A DNA stretch of 64,000 nt from Clostridia bacterium (GCA_017428025.1 JAFRRO010000091.1:8152-72151), one strand, 5' to 3'; counted from the first letter of the stretch, positions 8,843 through 18,832 are shown. Numbers and translations: made by a program. The notes: generated by a model from the letters alone, not told the origin.

Positions 8843-10534
8843 TCAGTTGCCGAAGAACCACGAGAACCAGTCGTCGTTTGCCCACGGATCGTCGTCGGTC
8901 TCGTCGTCATAGAACCAGGTGCTCCAGTCGAAGCCGCTGTTCGTGTCGTTCCAGCCGTTCCATAGATCGGACCAGCCGCCGAAATCGAAGTAGTTGTCGG
9001 AGGACGTCTCCACCGCGGTGAACCGTTCGAGCCACGCCACGTACTCGACGTCGAACCCGGCGTTGTGGAACACGCGCTTGAGATCGTTGTAGAACGACGC
9101 GTCGCCGTAGGGCAGCGTGACCGAAAGACCGGTCAGCGTCGGCTTGTCCGAGGTCGCGCCGAAATACACGATCGCCTGCTTGAGCGCGGCGACCAGCGCG
9201 GCGGACTCGCCGGAATCGATGTTCTGCGCCACGGACAGGATATCGGTGACGTTATAATCCTCAAGCGACGCGCTGTTGCCGGAGAACCAGTCACCGATGT
9301 TGCCGAGGATCGGATGCGCGCGGCCGGTGGACAGTCTGAGTTGGCTGTAGTTTGCGTTCAGCAGCGCGTCCTCGTTCGCGTAGGCGAATTCCACCCACGC
9401 GGTATAGAGCAGCTTCATGTACGACTGATCCATCAGCGCGAGCGTGACGCCGTCGTCCTCGGCAAGATGCTGTTCGCAGTAGCGCACGGTGTCGTTGATC
9501 GCAATTTTGCAGAGCTCCGGCGTCGAAAGCGCGGGGTTGCGGTAGAGCGCGTCGATCCAGCCGGTGTAGGACCAGCCGCAGCCGGGCTCAAAGTCCTCGC
9601 TCAACAGCGTGTAGTCGCAGTATTCATAGAGCGCACAGCAGACCTCGAGCGACGACATCAGGCAGCTGTCCATGCCGATCAGGTCGAAGTACACGCCTCC
9701 TTCGCGCAGTGCAAACTGGATCTCGTCGATCGTCAGCGTCGAGGAATAGGGCTGATATTCGTCGAATCCGAACCCGTAGACCGGGCCGCCGCCGTGGTCC
9801 CAGAGGATCAGGATGTACCGGTCCGCCGGATAGTTCTCGGCGCCCCAGCGGATGAAGTCGGAGAGCGTTTCCGGCACGGTCGTATCGAGCTGCGCAAGCG
9901 AGTTGTCGACGAGCGAAAGCCCGTTGTTCCGCACAAGCCAGCGCTGCGCGTGGTGCGCCGAAATGCCGAAGCGCGGCGACCACTTCTTGGTGCCGACCGT
10001 TTCGAGCAGGATGTTGACGCGCTCGGTCTTGACGGGACGCACCATCTCCGCGATGTCCGCCGTCGCCTCCTGGTATTCGGATTCGAGATCGCTGCCGTTC
10101 ATCAGGATCAGCACCGTCACGGTGTCCGTGCCGTCGCCCCGAAGCTTCACGCGCGGCTGCCGCACGCCCGAAATGACCGCGGGCTTCTGACCGTCGAGCG
10201 AAACCGACGGATCCGGCGTTGTGACCGGCAGCGCTTCCGCGGTCGGTTCCTCCGTCGCGGGGGCGGGCGTCGCAGTCGGTTCCGGCGTCGACTTGATCGA
10301 GCCGGGACCGTCCCACATCGGTTCGACCGTGGGCAGAAAGCTGCTCAGCGATTCATTGAGCGACGACTGGCAGGCGTCGACCGCGTTGCTGCACGCCGCT
10401 GTGCAGGCGCTGCAGGCACAGCCGCAGCCGAGCGGCGCGATGCAGGCGGAGCCGATCGCGGCAAACACGCCGGCAAGCAGAACGACCGCCAGCGTCATGG
10501 CAAGCAAAACTGTTTTTCCGTGGGTACGCGTCAT
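8843..10534 (-). CDS. Clostripain-related cysteine peptidase (C11), exported
   Basis: NGSDLES, YPADRYILILWDHGGG (catalytic His), GMDSCLMS (catalytic Cys), SEDFEPG. N-terminal hydrophobic anchor. Confidence 0.85.
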   Translation of the reverse strand: MTRTHGKTVLLAMTLAVVLLAGVFAAIGSACIAPLGCGCACSACTAACSNAVDACQSSLNESLSSFLPTVEPMWDGPGSIKSTPEPTATPAPATEEPTAEALPVTTPDPSVSLDGQKPAVISGVRQPRVKLRGDGTDTVTVLILMNGSDLESEYQEATADIAEMVRPVKTERVNILLETVGTKKWSPRFGISAHHAQRWLVRNNGLSLVDNSLAQLDTTVPETLSDFIRWGAENYPADRYILILWDHGGGPVYGFGFDEYQPYSSTLTIDEIQFALREGGVYFDLIGMDSCLMSSLEVCCALYEYCDYTLLSEDFEPGCGWSYTGWIDALYRNPALSTPELCKIAINDTVRYCEQHLAEDDGVTLALMDQSYMKLLYTAWVEFAYANEDALLNANYSQLRLSTGRAHPILGNIGDWFSGNSASLEDYNVTDILSVAQNIDSGESAALVAALKQAIVYFGATSDKPTLTGLSVTLPYGDASFYNDLKRVFHNAGFDVEYVAWLERFTAVETSSDNYFDFGGWSDLWNGWNDTNSGFDWSTWFYDDETDDDPWANDDWFSWFFGN

Positions 10535-11061
10535 ACGGCGCTCCTTTCAGAATCGGAATGTGTGTTCGGAACGTAAAACGGGATCCGCAGATACCGACCG
10601 CGGCGAAGCGCCGCATACGGATCGCGCGCGGTGCGCCGATAGCCTTTGCGAATGCCGAAGAAGTACCGGAACAGCAGCCGCTGGCTCCAGCGGTAGACGT
10701 CGTTCCGGTCGATCTCGATCGAACGGCAGGTGCGCTCGATGCGGGCGGGCTTGAGGATCAGCGTCGTCACGTGCCGCATTTTGCGAAAGCCCTTCACGCA
10801 GAGATAGGCGTTGAGATGATAGCGGAACTCAAACGCCATGCACGGCACCGAGAAGAGAAACGGCTCGTGGAACGTCCGTTCGTACGCGCGCTCGAGCGTC
10901 TTTGCGCAGACGACGGACAGGGCTTTCGATCCGAGCGCGCGGGAAAGCGCGTTCCACCGCTCCGGCTCCGCCGTCAGATCGATGCGAAAGCCTTCCGGCA
11001 GGACCTCCGTGCAGCGCAGCAGGGTGTTTGCCGCGTCTTTTGTCCGGTCGATGCGTTCCAT
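10531..11061 (-). CDS. Hypothetical basic protein
   Basis: Fills the gap between two minus-strand genes, with a 4-nt overlap at one end and a 1-nt gap at the other. Confidence 0.55.
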   Translation of the reverse strand: MERIDRTKDAANTLLRCTEVLPEGFRIDLTAEPERWNALSRALGSKALSVVCAKTLERAYERTFHEPFLFSVPCMAFEFRYHLNAYLCVKGFRKMRHVTTLILKPARIERTCRSIEIDRNDVYRWSQRLLFRYFFGIRKGYRRTARDPYAALRRGRYLRIPFYVPNTHSDSERSAV

Positions 11062-11062
11062 A

Positions 11063-12439
11063 TCAATTCGCCTGCGCGATCTCGCGGGCGACAAAGACGC
11101 CGCTCGCCGAAGCGTGCGAGAGCGAATGCGTGATGCCGCTGCCGTCGCCGATCACATACAGCCCTTCGTGGGTTTCGCTCATCAGGTGATCGTTGATCGC
11201 GACCTCCATATTGTAGAACTTGACTTCGACGCCGTACAGCAGCGTATCGTCGTTCGCCGTGCCCGGCGCGATCTTGTCGAGCGCGTAGATCATTTCGATG
11301 ATGCCGTCGAGGATCCGCTTCGGCAGAACGAGCGACAGATCGCCGGGCGTCGCCGCAAGCGTCGGACGCACCAGCCCCTCCTCGATGCGTTTCGGCGTGC
11401 TGCGCCGTCCGCGCACGAGGTCGCCGAACCGCTGCACGATCACGCCGCCGCCGAGCATGTTCGAAAGCCGCGCGATGCTCTCGCCGTAGAGATTCGAATC
11501 GTTGAACGGCTCCGTAAAGTGCTTCGAAACGAGCAGCGCGAAGTTCGTGTTGTCGGTGTGCAGGTCCTCGCTCTCGTAGCTGTGCCCGTTGACCGTCACG
11601 ATGCCGTTCGTGTTTTCGTTGACGACGATGCCGTTCGGGTTCATGCAGAACGTGCGCACCGGATCCTCATAGCCCTCGGTGCGGTAGACGATCTTGCTTT
11701 CATAGAGCTCGTCGGTCAGGTGCGAGAACACGACGGCGGGCAGCTCCACGCGCACGCCGAGATCGACGCGGTTAGAGTGCGTCGGGATGCCGAGACGCTT
11801 CGAAAGCCCCTCCATCCATGCGCTGCCGCTTCTGCCGACCGAGATGATCAGCTTGTCGCAGGAGAACGTTTCGTCCTTGGTGTGCACCAGATAGCCGTCC
11901 CGAACCTCCACGTCCTCCACCGGCGTGTCGAACAGGAAATCGACGGAATCCTTGAGATGCGCAAACAGGTTTTTCAGCACGACATAGTTGAGATCGGTGC
12001 CGAGATGGCGCACCGAAGCATCGAGCAGCGTCAGCTTGTTCTGGATGCAGAGCTTTTTGAACCGCGTGCCCGCCGTGGAGAAGATGCGCGCGCCTTCGCC
12101 GCCGTACGCCATATTGACGGAATCGACGTATTTCATCAGCTCCAGCGCCTTGTCCCTGCCGATCTTCTCGTAGAGTGTGCCGCCGAAATCGTTGGTGATG
12201 TTGTACTTGCCGTCGGAGAACGCGCCCGCGCCGCCGAAGCCCGACATGATCGAGCAGGTCTTGCATTTGACGCAGGTTTTGATTTTGTCGCCGTCGATCG
12301 GGCAGCGCCGCTGTTCGAGCGCGTGTCCCTGTTCGATCACCGCAACCTTCAGCTGCGGCGCAAGCTTTTGCAGTTCATATGCGGAATAGATGCCGCCGGG
12401 ACCGGCGCCGACGATGATGACGTCATAGTGCTGATGCAT
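11063..12439 (-). CDS. FAD-dependent oxidoreductase (COG2509-like)
   Basis: VIIVGAGPGG, GFGGAGAFSDGK, VRTFCMNP, VNGHS, GLYVIGDGSGIT. Confidence 0.85.
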   Translation of the reverse strand: MHQHYDVIIVGAGPGGIYSAYELQKLAPQLKVAVIEQGHALEQRRCPIDGDKIKTCVKCKTCSIMSGFGGAGAFSDGKYNITNDFGGTLYEKIGRDKALELMKYVDSVNMAYGGEGARIFSTAGTRFKKLCIQNKLTLLDASVRHLGTDLNYVVLKNLFAHLKDSVDFLFDTPVEDVEVRDGYLVHTKDETFSCDKLIISVGRSGSAWMEGLSKRLGIPTHSNRVDLGVRVELPAVVFSHLTDELYESKIVYRTEGYEDPVRTFCMNPNGIVVNENTNGIVTVNGHSYESEDLHTDNTNFALLVSKHFTEPFNDSNLYGESIARLSNMLGGGVIVQRFGDLVRGRRSTPKRIEEGLVRPTLAATPGDLSLVLPKRILDGIIEMIYALDKIAPGTANDDTLLYGVEVKFYNMEVAINDHLMSETHEGLYVIGDGSGITHSLSHASASGVFVAREIAQAN

Positions 12440-12460
12440 GTTCCTTCCTCATTTCTTCTT

Positions 12461-12940
12461 TTACTTGTGGTACGCTTCGTTGCGCCGGATCTTGAACCCG
12501 CGATAGAGCTGCTCAAGAAACAGCAGCCGCGCGATGCGGTGCGGGAACGTCATTTTGGAAAACGATAGCCGCATATCCGCGCGCGCATAAACCTCGTTTG
12601 AAAGTCCCAGCGAGCCGCCGATCACAAACGTCAGCGGACGCGCTTCGATCTCCTTTTCCTCCAGGAACGCGGCGAACGCTTCGGAGGTCATCTGCCTGCC
12701 GTCGATCGCAAGCGCAACGACAAAATCCTTCTCGCCGATCGCCCGCATCAGCCGCTTGCCCTCTTTGTCGAGCACCAGCAGCTCGTCCTTCGGATGCAGG
12801 GATTCCGGCGCTTTCTCGTCCGGCACCTCGACGATCTCAAAATTGCAGAAGCGGCCGAGCCGCTTTTGAAACTCCGCGCAGGCGTCCTCAAAATAGCGCT
12901 CCTTGAGTTTTCCGACGCACAGGATCCGCACGGTCATCAC
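12461..12940 (-). CDS. rlmH: 23S rRNA pseudouridine-1915 N3-methyltransferase
   Basis: VGKLKE, FVIGGSLGL, SFSKMTFPH, EQLYRGFKI..NEAYHK. Confidence 0.95.
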   Translation of the reverse strand: MMTVRILCVGKLKERYFEDACAEFQKRLGRFCNFEIVEVPDEKAPESLHPKDELLVLDKEGKRLMRAIGEKDFVVALAIDGRQMTSEAFAAFLEEKEIEARPLTFVIGGSLGLSNEVYARADMRLSFSKMTFPHRIARLLFLEQLYRGFKIRRNEAYHK

Positions 12941-13719
12941 AGCTCAAACACCCCCGTCGGTTCCTCGCGCGCGGCGACGGCGATCTGCACCCTGTCCGCG
13001 ATGCCCGCGTCCTCGAGCGCGGCGCGCACCGTGATCATCGCAAGCTCCGGATAGTTGTTCTCCTTGCTCAGATGCCCGAGGATCACGTTTCGGACGCCGC
13101 TTTCGCAGAGCTTGACGATCGCTTTGCCGCAGTCCTCGTTGTTCATGTGTCCGCTGCCGGACAGGATGCGCTTTTTGAGCAGATACGGATAGCTTCCCGC
13201 CATCAGCATATCGACGTCGTGGTTCGCCTCAAAGAGCAGCAGCTCGCAGCCGGAGAGGATCGAGAGAATGCGCGCGTCGGCGTGTCCGAGGTCCGTGCAG
13301 ACGCCGACCTTGTGTCCGCCGAAGGCGATCGTGTAGCCGACGCAGTGGATCGCGTCGTGCGGGACCGAGAACGGCAGCACGCGCACGCCGCCGAGATAGA
13401 AATCGCGGTCGGATTCGAACACGCAGATGTTCTTCGGCGCGACGTCGCGGAGCGGTTCGCGCAGCATCGACCAGGTTTCGGCGTTCGCATAGACCGGCAG
13501 ATCGTATTTTTTGGACAGTATATTGACGCCGCGCACATGATCGACATGCTCGTGCGTGATCAGGATCGCCGAAAGATTCGCAGGCGTCACGCCGATCTTC
13601 GCCAAAAGCTCCGTGATGCGTTTGCACGAAAGCCCCGCGTCGATCAGCAATCGCGCGTTGCCCGCTTCGATATAGGTTGCGTTCCCGGAGGAACCGCTGC
13701 ACAAAGGACAGAATCGCAT
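12937..13719 (-). CDS. yycJ: MBL-fold metallo-hydrolase (YycJ/WalJ family)
   Basis: SGSSGN, THEHVDH, EANHD, GHLSKENN. Conserved adjacency to rlmH. Confidence 0.85.
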   Translation of the reverse strand: MRFCPLCSGSSGNATYIEAGNARLLIDAGLSCKRITELLAKIGVTPANLSAILITHEHVDHVRGVNILSKKYDLPVYANAETWSMLREPLRDVAPKNICVFESDRDFYLGGVRVLPFSVPHDAIHCVGYTIAFGGHKVGVCTDLGHADARILSILSGCELLLFEANHDVDMLMAGSYPYLLKKRILSGSGHMNNEDCGKAIVKLCESGVRNVILGHLSKENNYPELAMITVRAALEDAGIADRVQIAVAAREEPTGVFEL

Positions 13720-13775
13720 ATAGCCTCCCAAAACATAATTATACCATACGATTCCGCGGAGGAAAAGCATTTTTG

Positions 13776-13804
13776 TTGCATCTGCGCAAAAGAAGTGTTA
13801 TACT
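13776..13804 (+). promoter_or_regulatory. Sigma-A promoter of ispE (predicted leaderless transcript)
   Basis: TTGCAT-17 bp-TATACT with extended TG; ATG follows after 6 nt; no SD. Confidence 0.6.
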
Positions 13805-13810
13805 TTTTGC

Positions 13811-14632
13811 ATGATCATTGAAGAACTGGCGCTTGCCAAACTGAATCTGACGCTCGGCGTGCTGTATAAGCGCGAGGACGGCTATCACGCGCTCGACACC
13901 GTGATGCAGACGGTGTCCCTGTTCGACCGCGTCCTGATCGAGAAATCGCGCACCGTCGAGGTGCACGTCACCGGCATGACGCTGCCCGTCGAAAACACGA
14001 TGGTCAAGGCGGCGACGCTCTACCGCGAAGCGACCGGCTGCGGCGCAAAGATCCGGTGCGAAAAGCGGATTCCCGCGGAAGCCGGCATGGGCGGCGGCAG
14101 CGCGGATGCGGCTGCGGTTTTGCGCGGCCTGCAGCGGCTGCACCGGATGGCGGACGACCGCACCTTGAGGCAGATCGCGCTGTCGGTCGGCGCGGACGTT
14201 CCGTTCTGCCTTGTCGGCGGCACCTGCCGCTGCGAGGGCGTGGGCGAAATTCTGACGCCGTTCCGTCTGGGCAGGCGGCTCTGGTTTGTGATCGCAAAGC
14301 CCGAAAAGGGCGTTTCCACGCGCGAGCTCTTTCAGAGGCTTCCGCTCCCGCGGCCGCGAGTGCAGACGCTTTCGTGCATGGCGGCGCTCGGAAAGGGCGA
14401 TCTAAATGCGCTTGCGCCGCTGCTGAAAAACGTTCTGGAGCCCGCCGCGATCGAGCTGGTGCCCGAGATCGGCGCGCTGAAGCAAAAGCTTCTGGACGCG
14501 GGCGCGATCGCCGCGCAGATGACCGGCAGCGGTTCGGCGGTGTTCGGTCTGTTCGAGACCGAGGAAGCCGCAAAAGCCGCGCTGCCCGCCGTGTCGGACG
14601 CCGCGTTTTCGACCGTCTGTTATTCGCTGTAG
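13811..14632 (+). CDS. ispE: 4-diphosphocytidyl-2-C-methyl-D-erythritol kinase
   Basis: AKLNLTL, DGYH, KRIPAEAGMGGGSADAA, GADVPFC, MTGSGSAVFG. Confidence 0.93.
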   Translation: MIIEELALAKLNLTLGVLYKREDGYHALDTVMQTVSLFDRVLIEKSRTVEVHVTGMTLPVENTMVKAATLYREATGCGAKIRCEKRIPAEAGMGGGSADAAAVLRGLQRLHRMADDRTLRQIALSVGADVPFCLVGGTCRCEGVGEILTPFRLGRRLWFVIAKPEKGVSTRELFQRLPLPRPRVQTLSCMAALGKGDLNALAPLLKNVLEPAAIELVPEIGALKQKLLDAGAIAAQMTGSGSAVFGLFETEEAAKAALPAVSDAAFSTVCYSL

Positions 14633-14641
14633 GAGGAATCT

Positions 14642-15115
14642 ATGAATGACCGTGCCATCCGCCGTCTTGCGGCGGCAGGCGTGCTGTGCGCCGTCACGTT
14701 TGTGTTGACCGCATTTATGCGGATCCCGCTGCCCGCGGGGTATCTGAATCTCGGCGATTTCGGGGTGTTCTTTGCCGCGCTGACGCTGCCGACGGGCTAT
14801 GCTGTCTGCGTCGCGGGGGTCGGCTCGATGCTCGCGGACCTCTATTCGTTTCCGGTCTACGCGCCTGCGACGCTGCTGATCAAGGGGCTTGCGGCGCTGC
14901 TCTGCTCGCTGCTCTGGCGGCGTCTGCCGCAAAAACTCCGGTATCTCGCGCTGCTTTCCGCGCTGCTGATCCCGGTCGGCTACGGGATTTTCGAGTGGTT
15001 CTTTTTCCGCGCGTATGCGGCGGCGGATTTTCTGCCGAATCTGCTGCAGGCGACCGTCGGCGCCGGGCTTGCGATCGCGGTCCGAAAACTGACCAAGGAT
15101 CGCTTTACCGTTTGA
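14642..15115 (+). CDS. ECF transporter S component
   Basis: IPLPAGYLNLGD, GSMLADL, APATLLIKG; multiple TM helices. Confidence 0.8.
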   Translation: MNDRAIRRLAAAGVLCAVTFVLTAFMRIPLPAGYLNLGDFGVFFAALTLPTGYAVCVAGVGSMLADLYSFPVYAPATLLIKGLAALLCSLLWRRLPQKLRYLALLSALLIPVGYGIFEWFFFRAYAAADFLPNLLQATVGAGLAIAVRKLTKDRFTV

Positions 15116-15260
15116 GCGAACGACAACACACGGCGGATTCTACCGAGAGTAGAGCGCGATTCTCCTTTCGGTGGATATTTATGCACAAACGGTAGAGTGC
15201 ATTTGACAGAAAACCGTGTTACGATTAACCTGATGAAGTATAGGAAAAGGAGATTGTTCC

Positions 15261-16106
15261 ATGCGCATTCGTATTTCCGCTGACAGCACCTGCGACCTGA
15301 GTCCGGAACTGATCGAGCAGTACGACGTGGCGATCACGCCGCTGTACGTCCGTCTCGGCGAGAAGGACCTCAAAGATTCGATCGAGGTCACGCCGCCCGA
15401 TATCTACAAATACGTCGAAGAAACCAAGCAGATTCCGAAGACCGCGGCGGTCAACGTGGGCGACTACGCGGAGTTCTTCACCAAGGTCCGGGAAGAGGGC
15501 TACGACGGCGTCGTGCACTTCACGATCTCGGCGGACATGTCCTCCTGCTATCAGAACGCCTGCCTTGCGGCGGAGGGCTTCGAAAACGTCTACATCATCG
15601 ATTCGAGAAATCTTTCGACCGGCATCGGACACCTCGTGCTCGACGCGTGCATCATGCGCGACGAGGGCAAAACGGCGAAGGAGATCTTCGACATTCTGGA
15701 GGAGCGCAAGCAGAAGCTCGACGTCAGCTTCGTGCTCGACACGCTGCGCTATCTCGCGCTCGGCGGCCGCTGCAACGCGCTGCTTGCGTTCGGCGCAAAC
15801 CTTCTGAACATCAAGCCGTCGATCCAGGTCAAGGACGGCAGGATGGGCGTCGACAGGAAATACCGCTGCTCGTTCGAGCGCGCGGTCGTGCGCTACGTCA
15901 ACGACAAGCTGGCGGACAAGGATTCCCTCGACCTGCGCCGCATCTTCATCACGGACTCCGGCTGCACGGACGAGGTGCGCGCCGCCGCCGAGGAAGCGGT
16001 CAGAAAGAACGCGCCGTTCGCCGAGATCATCCACACACGCGCGGGCTGCACGGTCAGCTCCCACTGCGGACCGAACTGCATCGGCATCCTGTTCTACCGC
16101 AAATAA
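15261..16106 (+). CDS. DegV family fatty-acid-binding protein (FakB-like)
   Basis: DSTCDL, PKTAA, IDSRNLSTG, LALGGR, LNIKP, SHCGP. Confidence 0.9.
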   Translation: MRIRISADSTCDLSPELIEQYDVAITPLYVRLGEKDLKDSIEVTPPDIYKYVEETKQIPKTAAVNVGDYAEFFTKVREEGYDGVVHFTISADMSSCYQNACLAAEGFENVYIIDSRNLSTGIGHLVLDACIMRDEGKTAKEIFDILEERKQKLDVSFVLDTLRYLALGGRCNALLAFGANLLNIKPSIQVKDGRMGVDRKYRCSFERAVVRYVNDKLADKDSLDLRRIFITDSGCTDEVRAAAEEAVRKNAPFAEIIHTRAGCTVSSHCGPNCIGILFYRK

Positions 16107-16112
16107 ATGCAG

Positions 16113-16140
16113 AAAGCGCTTCCCGCGGGAAGCGCTTTTT
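16113..16140. terminator. Bidirectional terminator
   Basis: Perfect palindrome AAAGCGCTTCCCGCGGGAAGCGCTTT between convergent genes. Confidence 0.7.
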
Positions 16141-16149
16141 GCGTTGGCT

Positions 16150-17367
16150 TCATTCGTCCTTGGACATCAGATACGCCACGGAGAACCCGAGCGCGAGGCA
16201 CAGAACGGCGACGGGGATGAACCACCAGTTCGTCAGACTGCCCATAAAGCCCGCAAGCTCCGAGCCGAAGCACTTCGCCTTCAGGAAGATCGCGTAGGGC
16301 GAGGCGAGCATCAGCGCAAGGATACCGTAATAGGTGGGCGTCGGATGCCTGTCGAGGAGCCAGCGGATCGCCTTGGACACGATCAGCAGTCCCAGAATGA
16401 CGCCGATGCCGAACGGCACGAGCACCAGAAGATGCGGACCCATGCCGGAGAAGTTCAGCGTCAGCGCGCAGACAATAAAGCTCTTGAGGTGCATCATGAC
16501 GCTGTTGTAGTAGCCGAGGACCAGCAGCACCATCGAGCCGGAGATGCCCGGCACGATCATCGTGCCCGCGGCGATAAAGCCGAGCAGCAGCGCAAGAAGC
16601 GCGCTCCAGACGCCGTTGTTCAGCGCGTCGACGGCGCGGTAGACGGACGTATGCAGCGTTTCGCCGCTGTTCCTTGCGGTCAGCGTCAGAAGACCGTCCT
16701 GCTCGATCGTAAGATCAAAGACGTCCTCCGTGCCGAGCGTATAGTACGAATTCTTGTCGAGACTGCTCCGCAGCTTATAGCCGTCCTCGGGTTTGCCGAA
16801 GGTTCCGCCCGCGCTTTTGATTTCCCAGATGGCAAGGGACGGGTCGCCGTTTTGCACGACGAGCTCGAACTGCTGTTCGTCTTTCAGAATGATGCGTTCG
16901 CCGACGGACAGCGTGTCGGTCTCATTCAGGATGCGGAACCGCTCGCTCGTGTTGTCGTTGAGATACGGCAGCAGCACCATCAGCGCGATCATGACGAGTG
17001 CGACGAGGATGTAGCCGGGCTTGACCTTGCTTCCCCTGATCTTTTTGAACAGCATCGGCAGCGAGCCGAGGATCAGACCGGAGAACAGCAGGATCGTGAA
17101 GAACTCGAAGTTCGCAAGCAGCCACGTGATTACAAACGACAGCGCCGCCACGCCGAGCACGATGCCGACGGTGTACGGGATCAGCTTGACGATCGCCGCG
17201 CGTCTGCGCGTCTTATCCTTTGAAGTGATCGAAACCGCGTCCTCATAGACGCCGATCGTCAGCAGCATCGAGCCGCCGGAAACGCCGGGGATGACGATGG
17301 CAAGCCCGACGAGCGTGCCTTTGAGCACGGCAAGGAACAGATTCCAGATTTTCTTTGACATATTCAT
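16150..17367 (-). CDS. DUF368 family membrane protein (putative undecaprenyl-phosphate translocase) with an inserted soluble domain
   Basis: Twin motifs IPGVSGGS and IVPGISGS(MVLLVLGYY) separated by a long hydrophilic insertion. Confidence 0.8.
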   Translation of the reverse strand: MNMSKKIWNLFLAVLKGTLVGLAIVIPGVSGGSMLLTIGVYEDAVSITSKDKTRRRAAIVKLIPYTVGIVLGVAALSFVITWLLANFEFFTILLFSGLILGSLPMLFKKIRGSKVKPGYILVALVMIALMVLLPYLNDNTSERFRILNETDTLSVGERIILKDEQQFELVVQNGDPSLAIWEIKSAGGTFGKPEDGYKLRSSLDKNSYYTLGTEDVFDLTIEQDGLLTLTARNSGETLHTSVYRAVDALNNGVWSALLALLLGFIAAGTMIVPGISGSMVLLVLGYYNSVMMHLKSFIVCALTLNFSGMGPHLLVLVPFGIGVILGLLIVSKAIRWLLDRHPTPTYYGILALMLASPYAIFLKAKCFGSELAGFMGSLTNWWFIPVAVLCLALGFSVAYLMSKDE

Positions 17368-17429
17368 GCTCCTATTGTAAGACCGCGCGCGTGTTTCGTC
17401 AACTGCGGCGGCGGAAATCTTACAGCTTA

Positions 17430-17509
17430 TTCACAATCGGGATTTCAAATTTTGTTCAAATTCGTTTCTGAAAATGCCTTATTTTTGCCATCTTGATTTC
17501 ATAATCGGG
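17430..17509 (+). promoter_or_regulatory. Direct-repeat operator candidate upstream of htrA
   Basis: TTCACAATCGGG (17430-17441) and TTCATAATCGGG (17498-17509). Confidence 0.4.
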
Positions 17510-17558
17510 CGGTACAATACAAACAATCAAAGAGATGACAGCCAAAGGAGGCAGTTTT

Positions 17559-18794
17559 ATGGAATACAACGGTTATCAATACGGATATGAACAGCCGAAA
17601 AAGACAAAGCGTTCGGTCGGCATGGCAATTTTGCTTGCCTGCACGGCGATGGCGGTCGTCATCGGACTGTTTGCGGGCGTGCTGATCGTCAACCGCACGA
17701 TCGATTCGCGCACGAAGACCGCGGAACAGCCGGCGATCTCGGCGTCCGTCACGGCGACGCCCGCATCCGAAGCGACCGGCACGGCGCTGAACGTCACGCA
17801 TGCCGAAAACGCGCAGACGTCGACCGGCTTTGCCTATGACGGACAGTATACCCGCGCACAGGTCGTGGAGATCTGCGCGCCGAGCGTCGTCGGCATCGAC
17901 TGCATCTTCAAACAGACGGTTTCCTACTGGGGACGCGCGCAGACATATGAGGTGCCCGGCAGCGGCAGCGGCGTCGTCCTGACGGCGGACGGCTATATCG
18001 CCACCTGCGCGCACGTCGTCGAAGGCGCAAAGTCGATCAAGGTGACGCTGAACGACGACACGAGCTACGACGCTTCGATCGTCGGCACCGACACGCGCAA
18101 CGACATTGCGATCATCAAGATCGACGCGCAGAACCTGACGCCCGCCGCACTCGGCGACAGCGAAATGCTGACCGTCGGCGAGGACGTGATCGCGATCGGC
18201 AATCCTCTGGGCGAGCTGCGCGGCACGGCGACCAGCGGCATCATCTCCGCGGTGCGCCGCACGGTCGCGGTTGAAGGCAACGAGATGGAGCTGGTGCAGA
18301 CCGACGCCGCCATCAGCCCGGGCAATTCGGGCGGCGGACTGTTCAATGCGTCCGGCAAGCTGATCGGCATTGTCAACGCCAAGGTTTCCGACTCGGACGC
18401 CGAAGGGCTCGGCTTTGCGATTCCGGTAAACAATGTGCTCAAAGAGATCAACGACCTTCTGAGCTACGGCTACGTGACCGGCCGCGCGTACCTCGGCGTA
18501 TACACGCAGAACGTGACGCTGCGCAGCGATTACGGCTACTTCTTCTCGAGCGGCACGCCCTGCGTCCAGATTGCGGACGTCGTCAAGGACAGCGCCGCGG
18601 ATCAGGCGGGACTCAAAACGGGCGATCTGATTCTGGCGGTCGACGATCACGAGATCACCTCGAACAGCGACCTGACCGACGCCATCGCGCGCTACAACGC
18701 GGGCGACACCGCGACGTTTACGATCCAGCGTGACGGCAGCAAGCAGAGCGTCAGCGTCACCTTCGGCGAATACGCGCCGGGCCGGACCGACTGA
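17559..18794 (+). CDS. htrA: HtrA/DegP-type serine protease with PDZ domain
   Basis: N-terminal TM; GSGSGV, TCAHVV, DIAIIK, AIGNPLG, QTDAAISPGNSGG; C-terminal PDZ. SD AGGAGG. Confidence 0.9.
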   Translation: MEYNGYQYGYEQPKKTKRSVGMAILLACTAMAVVIGLFAGVLIVNRTIDSRTKTAEQPAISASVTATPASEATGTALNVTHAENAQTSTGFAYDGQYTRAQVVEICAPSVVGIDCIFKQTVSYWGRAQTYEVPGSGSGVVLTADGYIATCAHVVEGAKSIKVTLNDDTSYDASIVGTDTRNDIAIIKIDAQNLTPAALGDSEMLTVGEDVIAIGNPLGELRGTATSGIISAVRRTVAVEGNEMELVQTDAAISPGNSGGGLFNASGKLIGIVNAKVSDSDAEGLGFAIPVNNVLKEINDLLSYGYVTGRAYLGVYTQNVTLRSDYGYFFSSGTPCVQIADVVKDSAADQAGLKTGDLILAVDDHEITSNSDLTDAIARYNAGDTATFTIQRDGSKQSVSVTFGEYAPGRTD

Positions 18795-18805
18795 ACGCCG
18801 GACAC

Positions 18806-18832
18806 AAGGGGGCTTTGAAAGCCCCTTTTTTT
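18806..18832. terminator. Terminator between convergent genes
   Basis: GGGGCTTT-G-AAAGCCCC stem followed by a T run. Confidence 0.6.

Noticed and set aside
12461-12478. Genomic island at the rlmH 3' end (SCCmec-type attB-like GAAGCGTACCACAAGTAA)
   Set aside because: No recombinase and no second att copy. The next gene follows 21 bp later with host-like composition, so the site is empty.
17427-17435. oriC suggested by the DnaA-box-like TTATTCACA
   Set aside because: A single box with no cluster, no unwinding element and no dnaA/dnaN; it overlaps the htrA direct repeat.
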